From Candidatus Micrarchaeota archaeon (GTDB lineage: Archaea > Micrarchaeota > Micrarchaeia > Micrarchaeales > CABMGC01), in the NCBI GenBank assembly GCA_021803945.1, contig JAJZKW010000005.1, forward strand, positions 7,716-55,335: a DNA stretch of 47,620 nucleotides, in the 5' to 3' direction. The position numbers and the translations under genes are program-made. Below, piece after piece: positions 41,275-47,620 of this stretch (positions are counted from its first letter, which is position 1; every line of letters begins with the position of its first letter). A model generated the notes under the pieces. It saw nothing but the letters and a program-made list of their open reading frames with translations. It was not told where the DNA came from and searched no databases.

Positions 41275-42234
41275 CTACCTGCCCTGAGCCTGCTTCTTCC
41301 AGTGGCTTATCGTCTTCTTCAGCCCCTCCTCAAGCGTGTATCTGGGCTCCCAGCCCAGCAGCTTTTTGGCCTTTGTATTGTCCCCTATCAGTATCCTGGC
41401 GTCCAGTGGCCTCTTCGGAGTGGAATTCCACACTATCTCCCCCTTGAATCCTGTCAGCTTCGCTATTATCTTTGCCGTCTCCTCCGTGGTGTAGCTCTTT
41501 CCTGAGCAAATCTGTATCGTCTCTCCTATCGCCTTCTTGTTTCCCAATGCCTTCTCATACGCCGCTACATGATCGTCTACGTATATCCAGTCGCGTATGG
41601 CGCTCCTGTCCCCAAGGTATACCTTGTCGCCCTTGAGCATCTGGGTTATCGTCCTCTCTATGAAGAAGTGCGCATTGGTTCTTCTCCCGAAAGTGTTGAA
41701 CGGTCTTAGGATTGTGGACGGGAAGTTGTATGCCTCATTCATGTATGTCAGATACATGTCCGACGCCACTTTCGCGATCGCATACGGGCTGTTGGGATGA
41801 AGCTGCGATGATTCTGTCAGCTTCTTGTTCCTGTCTTTCAGCGTCATCCCGTACTCCTCGGAAGTCCCTGCAAGTATCATTTGCTTGAAATGCGAAACCT
41901 CCCTATAGCACGCCTCAGCGAGGTTTATCGTGCCTATGTAGTTCGCCTCCGATACCTCCACGTAGTGGTCGTAGGAGAACGAGACAGGGCTTACGGCGGC
42001 AAGATGCACCACGTAATCCGGCTGCACATCCCTCACTATGCTCTTTATTGCCGGGAAGTCCGTCAGCGTGGCGTAATGCGTTATCACCTTCCTGTTCTTG
42101 TCGAACGAGTACCTGCCTGTGACATAGCGGATAAGCTCGTGGACCTCTACCTTCCTGTTTTCCGCAAGCCTACTGACCAGCTCCTGCCCTATGAATCCTG
42201 TCCCTCCAGTTATCAGAATTTTTCCTTCTACCAT
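41275..42234 (-). CDS. NAD-dependent sugar-nucleotide 4,6-dehydratase/epimerase
   Basis: TGGTGFIG, HLAA, TSEEYG, PNSPYAIAK (YxxxK), RDWIYVDD. Confidence 0.92.
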   Translation of the reverse strand: MVEGKILITGGTGFIGQELVSRLAENRKVEVHELIRYVTGRYSFDKNRKVITHYATLTDFPAIKSIVRDVQPDYVVHLAAVSPVSFSYDHYVEVSEANYIGTINLAEACYREVSHFKQMILAGTSEEYGMTLKDRNKKLTESSQLHPNSPYAIAKVASDMYLTYMNEAYNFPSTILRPFNTFGRRTNAHFFIERTITQMLKGDKVYLGDRSAIRDWIYVDDHVAAYEKALGNKKAIGETIQICSGKSYTTEETAKIIAKLTGFKGEIVWNSTPKRPLDARILIGDNTKAKKLLGWEPRYTLEEGLKKTISHWKKQAQGR

Positions 42235-42296
42235 TGTACCACTATGGCCTCCAAAATATCTTTGAACATGCCTATGCTAAAGATTGAAAACCAAGC

Positions 42297-42881
42297 TTAA
42301 TAATCTTTCGAAATCCCAGCCATCCTTGTCACTACATCTTCAACGTAATCCTTCATCTCCCTGGTCACCTTCACTACAGCCATGCCTCTTCCTCTCATCC
42401 CATACACCACAAACTCCCCTATCTTCGCAAAGTATATGCACGCGAGCGATGCGAGGTCCTCCTCTCCATAGACCCGAATCCCGACACGAGCCGCCTTCCT
42501 GCACGCGTCCCTGACAGCTTCCCACATCTCCGCGCTAAGCTCTCCGCGGCCATTGCGCACGCGCACAGGGTCCTTGTAGACCCTTTCTATTATAGGGAAC
42601 TTCGCAGCCTCTTTCTCAGCCCTATAATCGAATATCGATATCTTCGGCTTATACCCCAGCTCCAGCAGCGTGGCCGTTGTCACGTCCCCAACCGAGTATA
42701 TGATGCGATCTTTCCCAATACTCCTCGCTATCTGCCTTCCATCCATTATCCGTCCAAAATCTCCCGACAGCTCCTTGCGCATTCCGCTGCCCAGGCGCAA
42801 GTCATCTGTGAAGCTGAATTCTCCGTCTCTCCTTTTTTTGCGTGGTTTCAATTTGCGTTTATCCGAACCTGCATGCTCCAT
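42297..42881 (-). CDS. GTP-dependent dephospho-CoA kinase (DUF359)
   Basis: VGDVTT, IFDYR, VRN, GEEDLA, VVYG; ATG at 42881 preferred over the AT-rich upstream extension. Confidence 0.85.
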   Translation of the reverse strand: MEHAGSDKRKLKPRKKRRDGEFSFTDDLRLGSGMRKELSGDFGRIMDGRQIARSIGKDRIIYSVGDVTTATLLELGYKPKISIFDYRAEKEAAKFPIIERVYKDPVRVRNGRGELSAEMWEAVRDACRKAARVGIRVYGEEDLASLACIYFAKIGEFVVYGMRGRGMAVVKVTREMKDYVEDVVTRMAGISKDY

Positions 42882-42968
42882 GATGGATATCTGGCACAAA
42901 AGCTCCTTTATATCTTTCCTGCTCTGCAGTCCGTGAAGGAATTTAAACATGCAGTTCAAAATAAAATA

Positions 42969-43493
42969 ATGCGATATAGTGTAATACTGATTTCCATCCT
43001 CGCTGCGCTTGGGATATCCGGGATCGCATCGGCATACGGCCTCGGCACATCATTGATCCAATTCCAGAGCGGCAATGTCAGCATCTACTCCAACGGAACT
43101 GCCTATGCCAACTATTCAATCAACCTGTCATCCGGAAGCACCTGGGGTAGCACACTAAATCTCACCAATGCCGCATACCTGAAGTCCAAGGGAATATCTA
43201 TAACGCTCAGCGCCGCGGCAGGCGACCCGACATTCAGCGGATATGCGCAGATAACAACGAAAGGCACGCTCCCAGGAAGGTACAACGCCATAATGTCTGT
43301 GACCGGGGACGATCCGTCAAATTCATATTCCCTCGGAATATTGGTGCTGGGCGGGACAGGGAACTCATCCGTTTCTTCAGAGCCTCCACAGCCGCAATCT
43401 CCCACAAGCATACTGTACTATATCGCAGGAGCCGTGCTCCTGGCGGCAGCCGCATCCGGATTTTTCATCTCAAAACTGGCAATATGGAGATGA
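42969..43493 (+). CDS. secreted, C-terminally anchored surface protein
   Basis: Signal peptide MRYSVILISILAALG, Ig-like beta domain (PGRYNA), Pro/Ser linker, C-terminal TM helix. Confidence 0.72.
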   Translation: MRYSVILISILAALGISGIASAYGLGTSLIQFQSGNVSIYSNGTAYANYSINLSSGSTWGSTLNLTNAAYLKSKGISITLSAAAGDPTFSGYAQITTKGTLPGRYNAIMSVTGDDPSNSYSLGILVLGGTGNSSVSSEPPQPQSPTSILYYIAGAVLLAAAASGFFISKLAIWR

Positions 43494-43587
43494 ATCCCGG
43501 CTACGAATATCAAAGTAGCCATTCATTTCAAAAAGATTTTTATAACATACCAAATAACTGGTTCAATACAAGAGTATAGGTGTATAA

Positions 43588-44430
43588 ATGAACATAACAA
43601 GGAGAAGCATAGCGATTTTGTTCCTGCTGGGTTTTGTGCTGCCGTTGGCGTATGCGCAGTGGAATACGGGAAGCGGCTACGGAGGCTATTCAACGTCAAA
43701 CACAAGCAGCGCGTCAACGTCATACAATACGTCAAGCACATCTACGGCATCTAGCAATACCTCTTCTTCATCTACAGTATCCGCTGTTCCAGTCGCGACA
43801 TTCCAGGCCATATCAGAGAACAACATCATAGTTAACGCCATTGCAGGAGGATCGGTGAGCCTTCCAGGAATAACGGAGGTAATAGCGCCAGGCACATATG
43901 CGCTTATAGGGAACAAGACAGTAGGGTCGTACAACTTCTCCCTCATACTGTTCAGCACCAAGAACGTGCCGTCCCCAAGCAGCAACGGAACCCTGACTCC
44001 ATCAGGCGCATTCGCATATGCAATAAACGGGCAGATAACGACCGCAATCACAATGGTCAATTCAACGGGCTCGCCCAAGCCTGTGACCACCTTCGTTGCA
44101 GGCAGCCCAAGCACATCGACCACATGGACCTTCCTCGGCGGAACATTCAACGGAACTTCATATACAGGAGGGAAATACGCCTTCGCAGATACATGGAAAC
44201 AGGTCAATTCCACCACGATGGTGAATACGCAGTTCATAAAGCCGGTCATGTGGGTATTCGAGGCAGTAAAGGCCCCCGCCCCTGCAACTACGCAGCCAGC
44301 CACTTCAAAGACCCCGGCGCCTTCCACAAGCGCTCCGTCCAGCCCAGGCACGAGCCCGCTCGTCTATGTTGTAGTAGCAGTAGTGGTAATAGCCGTAATC
44401 GCATACCTATACACAAGGAGCAAGAAGTAG
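43588..44430 (+). CDS. Ser/Thr-rich secreted surface protein with C-terminal TM anchor
   Basis: Signal peptide, S/T linker, globular domain, P/T linker, TM helix plus RSKK. Confidence 0.78.
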   Translation: MNITRRSIAILFLLGFVLPLAYAQWNTGSGYGGYSTSNTSSASTSYNTSSTSTASSNTSSSSTVSAVPVATFQAISENNIIVNAIAGGSVSLPGITEVIAPGTYALIGNKTVGSYNFSLILFSTKNVPSPSSNGTLTPSGAFAYAINGQITTAITMVNSTGSPKPVTTFVAGSPSTSTTWTFLGGTFNGTSYTGGKYAFADTWKQVNSTTMVNTQFIKPVMWVFEAVKAPAPATTQPATSKTPAPSTSAPSSPGTSPLVYVVVAVVVIAVIAYLYTRSKK

Positions 44431-44671
44431 TCCAGCATGGTTTGCAGATTGACAGAGACCTGAATGCATCCCTGAACATACTGAAGCTTGGGATTGAAAA
44501 ATTCCGACTACCCCTGGACAAGGGGAAAGTTGAAGCCTCTGGAGACAGTGTAAGACCTTCGCACATGAAGGCAGTTGCCGATGAATCAGGAACTATACGT
44601 GGGGCATCCAAATGAACAATGCGGATAATATCCACTGGAAGCCCACGATTTCAATCATGTGAGGATGTCAC
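44430..44671 (+). mobile_element. tnpB: IS200/IS605-family remnant: tnpB 3' fragment, omegaRNA region and right end
   Basis: Encodes GLQIDRDLNASLNILKLG (TnpB C-terminal RuvC-III motif) and ends GAAGCCCACGATTTCAATCATGTGAGGATGTCAC (subterminal hairpin plus TCAC). Confidence 0.85.
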
Positions 44672-44718
44672 ACTAATCTCTTTTGTACACCACGACCAAG
44701 CGTATGACTGAATTTCTG

Positions 44719-45183
44719 CTATGCAAGCTTCCTGCCTGATTCAATTCCATTCCTACCTACTTTTCCCCTCGAAAGCCAGAAAGACGCTGCAGCCGACGCA
44801 ACGAGCAATGTGAACGCAAGCGATACCCCGAAGGAGGAGTTGCCGCCGAGCACCCCGAACCCGAACAGGTACCTGAATCCATAGCCTCCTGCTACTGCAG
44901 CCAGGCTTATTGTAGGGGTCGCAGAAGTGAACGGCAGGCCTAGGGCCGCGTCCAGCAGCATGAAGGCCATGCCCATTGCCGACCAGTATGCTATGAACCT
45001 CCTGGCCAGCAGTGACCCTGTCCTTATGTATACGATGGCAAGCACGATGTTTACAGAGGAATAGGCAAGTATGCCCAGCCAGTGTAGAGGCGCTATGCTG
45101 ATTATGAACCTGTCAAGGAATATTATGTAAAGACCAGCAGCCACCTGGAGCAGGACAGCAGCAATAAGCGCATCCTTCTTCAT
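44719..45183 (-). CDS. hypothetical integral membrane protein
   Basis: Four hydrophobic segments; lies downstream of the epimerase on the same strand. Confidence 0.7.
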   Translation of the reverse strand: MKKDALIAAVLLQVAAGLYIIFLDRFIISIAPLHWLGILAYSSVNIVLAIVYIRTGSLLARRFIAYWSAMGMAFMLLDAALGLPFTSATPTISLAAVAGGYGFRYLFGFGVLGGNSSFGVSLAFTLLVASAAASFWLSRGKVGRNGIESGRKLA

Positions 45184-45243
45184 GATCGGAATGCTCTGCT
45201 AAAAATTTTAAAGCCTTCCACGCCCCTTAGGGAATCCGCAATT

Positions 45244-46152
45244 CTATCCAAGCATGGAGATGCCCTGCTCAAGTCCTATCTTCGCCTTGAATCCGAGCAT
45301 CCTCCTGGCCTTGCTGGTATCCGCAAGGGTGGCCATCACATAGTTCTTCACAGGCATCTTGATGTATGTGGGCTTTATCCTCTTGCCAAGCTTCCTGTTG
45401 AGCGTCTCGACCATCTGGTTTATCGTATAGCTCTTGCCGTAGCCCACGTTGAAGACCTCGAATCCCCTTACCTTCGATGCTCTTACCAATGCATCCACCA
45501 CGTCATAGACGTGCACGAAGTCCCTCTTCTGCGTCCCATCCCCGTATATGACCGGGCTCTTGCCCTTCTTCATGAGCCACATGAATTGCGAGACAAGGTT
45601 TGCATATCCCTTCTTTGCCTCCTCGTGCGGCCCGTAGACCGAGAAGAATCTCATGGCGGCTATGTCGCATCCCTCCATCTTGTTGTAGAGCTCTGAGGCC
45701 CTCTCCGCGAATATCCTGCCCTCGGTGTAGTAATCCGTTATCCTGTAATCCGCATCCTCCCTGTGCGGAGGCTTCACTCCGTTGTATATGGAAGACGTCG
45801 ATGCGAAGACCATCGGTATGCCGGCTCCCTTGACGTATTCCAGTATCCTCACCATGCTGTTGGTCACCTCTCCGAGCAGCTTCGGGTTCTCCCTGTACAT
45901 GGGCGAGGCGGAGTACATGCCAAGGTGGTAGACGATGTCAGCATCGAACCGCATCCTTGCAAGCTCCCCGGAGTCCGCATTCCTGAACACCACGTTCCCT
46001 GACTTCATCGCTTCGGCAAGGTTGCCCTTAGACCCAGTAAACAGGTTGTCCACAACGCATACCTCGTTCTCCCTGCAGAGCCTCTCCACAAGGTTGCTGC
46101 CTATGAAGCCCGCTCCGCCCGTCACTATTATCTTCTTGTTCTTAATCTCCAT
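45244..46152 (-). CDS. NAD-dependent epimerase/dehydratase
   Basis: TGGAGFIG, ASTSSIY, RFFSVYGP, GDGTQKRDFVHV; catalytic motif reads YTEGR (YxxxR). Confidence 0.9.
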   Translation of the reverse strand: MEIKNKKIIVTGGAGFIGSNLVERLCRENEVCVVDNLFTGSKGNLAEAMKSGNVVFRNADSGELARMRFDADIVYHLGMYSASPMYRENPKLLGEVTNSMVRILEYVKGAGIPMVFASTSSIYNGVKPPHREDADYRITDYYTEGRIFAERASELYNKMEGCDIAAMRFFSVYGPHEEAKKGYANLVSQFMWLMKKGKSPVIYGDGTQKRDFVHVYDVVDALVRASKVRGFEVFNVGYGKSYTINQMVETLNRKLGKRIKPTYIKMPVKNYVMATLADTSKARRMLGFKAKIGLEQGISMLG

Positions 46153-46399
46153 AAATCCACGCCTATCGTGCTAGTCCTTCAATTATATCCTTAAGCGCGC
46201 ATTTATTTATATGCGCTCAAACTGCGCCTTTACACTGATAGTCCAGTATGGGCTGAAGATAAGTCCCGAGTTGATTTCCCCCGAGCTAAAAATCTGTTTT
46301 TATATGCTAAGCATCTTCGACGGAAAGGCTTTAAGACAACCAACAATATATAAGGTTTGATACAGTATATGAATAGGTTATATCTCGAAACCGGTCTTT

Positions 46400-46582
46400 A
46401 TGGACGAAAAAGAAAAGTTTTTAAAGATATATTCGAACATACCTATGAATCTACGAGATGACATAGTGGCTGTCATCGATGGCAAACCAGTCACTTGGAA
46501 TGTGGCTTTCGTAGAAATTTCAAATAACAGTGAAATTGGCACAAAGATTTTGAATAAGCTTTTAGAAATGGAGATAATATGA
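46400..46582 (+). CDS. small hypothetical protein 1 of a three-gene module
   Basis: 60 aa, ATGA overlap with the next gene, AT-rich. Confidence 0.75.
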   Translation: MDEKEKFLKIYSNIPMNLRDDIVAVIDGKPVTWNVAFVEISNNSEIGTKILNKLLEMEII

Positions 46583-46785
46583 TATCAGAGGATGTAAAGG
46601 AACTTGTAATTGCAAAGCTATCGGTGATGCCATCTGATAGAAAACTTGCAGTCGGCGCTTTCGGCGAGTTTACGAAAGAACAACTAATAAAGCATGTTGA
46701 AGATGATGACGATGTGGGCAGAAAGATCGCGGAAATTGAAATATCCTTTTTGAAAGCAGTAGCCCAAGGTAAGGTGTATGGTTAA
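46579..46785 (+). CDS. small hypothetical protein 2 of a three-gene module (paralog of protein 1)
   Basis: 68 aa; T-x7-[IV]-x6-G-x-K-I pattern shared with protein 1; 8-nt overlap with the next gene. Confidence 0.75.
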   Translation: MISEDVKELVIAKLSVMPSDRKLAVGAFGEFTKEQLIKHVEDDDDVGRKIAEIEISFLKAVAQGKVYG

Positions 46786-47092
46786 AGGATACCTAATTAC
46801 CCTTCCCGACCACGATATAGTTACCCATTATTTATCTACTTATGCTAAACAGACTTTCAGCGTTGCCGAGGAGCATGATTTCAGAATAATACCGCTCGAA
46901 AATATGAAAGCTAACAGTAACGACTTCAGAAGTTACGTTACAAACAATAAAGTTGACTTTGTTGTATTCAATGGCCATGGAAATGGTACATCAGTAACTG
47001 GCCAATTAGATAAGCCGATAATAACAGCGGGAATAAACCACGAACTATTAACAATGCGAGTCGGAAATCTCATGCAGTCTACCGATTGGTAG
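46778..47092 (+). pseudogene. caspase-like (clan CD, CHAT/C25-like) protease, apparently truncated before the catalytic Cys
   Basis: DFVVFNGHG catalytic-His strand; the ORF contains no Cys and ends about 35 aa later. Confidence 0.6.
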
Positions 47093-47159
47093 TTTACTGG
47101 GTTCAAAGTCTATCTTGCGCGTTTCTCATTAGCGCAGCGAAATAGGTCCCACTGGTCTA

Positions 47160-47620
47160 TCAGGCAGCGATGCCCGCATAGTCCACAAGCGCCCGCAGTA
47201 CTCCTCCGACAATGGGTATGCTCTTAGAAAGCTCCCTTATCGTGTTTATGTCCCCTATGTCCGCTCCCTTCAGCAGCGCAGCCAATGGCGGGTAGAGCAG
47301 TATGTAGACCATGGCCACCGATGCCAGGAGCACTGCGCCGCTCAGGAAGGGGTATAGCAGCAATGCAACGGCAGACACTATGGCGTTTGCGAGTATTAGC
47401 CTGGCAAACTTGTTCAGCCTCAGCCTTACGTCAAACATCTTCGAGAGCTCCCTTATGAATACCAGGTCGCCTATGACCGGGCTCAGTATGAATGCTATCA
47501 TCACGTACGCGTTTCCTCCGAAGTATGGCACAAGCGCAAGGAAGAGCGCAAGCACCACCAGGTTTATGGCGATATTGTACTTGAAGACCGTCCTGACCCT
47601 GTTCGCGCTTATCAGTATCG
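47160..47620 (-). CDS. oligosaccharide flippase (Wzx/MOP family), C-terminal part, runs off the window
   Basis: Frame is open to the window edge; multiple TM helices, LVPYFG motif, D(I)xxI...IP(I)VG C-terminus; near sugar epimerases. Confidence 0.68.
   Translation of the reverse strand, partial: ILISANRVRTVFKYNIAINLVVLALFLALVPYFGGNAYVMIAFILSPVIGDLVFIRELSKMFDVRLRLNKFARLILANAIVSAVALLLYPFLSGAVLLASVAMVYILLYPPLAALLKGADIGDINTIRELSKSIPIVGGVLRALVDYAGIAA

Noticed and set aside
43547-43563. ATACCAAATAACTGGTT as a fourth copy of the orphan-promoter motif
   Set aside because: One A short and located downstream of the TATA box rather than 45-46 nt upstream
44124-44615. 163-aa ORF ending in the TnpB motif
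   Set aside because: Its first two thirds are an alternative frame of the surface-protein gene; only the tail is TnpB-derived
47050-47159. Frameshifted continuation of the caspase-like ORF (ISCS and SLSCA in the other two frames)
   Set aside because: Both frames close within about 30 codons, the alignment is unconvincing and there is no room for a C-terminal half before the flippase

Overview
Archaeal chromosomal segment, most likely from a DPANN archaeon of the Micrarchaeota type. This is inferred from the split rpoB''/B' and rpoA'/A'' genes, an intron-containing tRNA-Ile(UAU), the short archaeal purA and the surface-protein repertoire. The left part (1-26.9 kb) is mostly housekeeping: FAD synthase, thermosome, adk-DUF106-L34e-cmk-L14e, class III aminotransferase, the RNA polymerase operon, tRNA-Gly, trpS, kae1-bud32, an uncalled eL41, cysS, DRG GTPase, purA-purB, srp54 and a HAD hydrolase. 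The right part (26.9-47.6 kb) is accessory-rich. It holds a tRNA-integrated, att-flanked hicBA islet with a nonsense codon in the toxin, tandem BofA-like genes and a glyoxalase. It also holds a DUF3494 ice-binding-like plus beta-helix surface-protein pair divergent from two wHTH regulators with identical recognition helices, and an AAA+DUF4143 gene flanked by 27-bp direct repeats. Further right are two paralogous C-type-lectin-like orphans, a DEAD-box helicase, sugar-nucleotide epimerases, dephospho-CoA kinase, a TnpB/omegaRNA right-end remnant, and a three-gene module (two paralogous small proteins plus a truncated caspase-like protease). The two most unusual signals are a shared promoter cassette (ACCAAAAYAACA 45-46 nt upstream of the TATA box) in front of three unrelated orphan genes, and the caspase-like three-gene module. 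All calls come from reading motifs by eye; no database searches were run.
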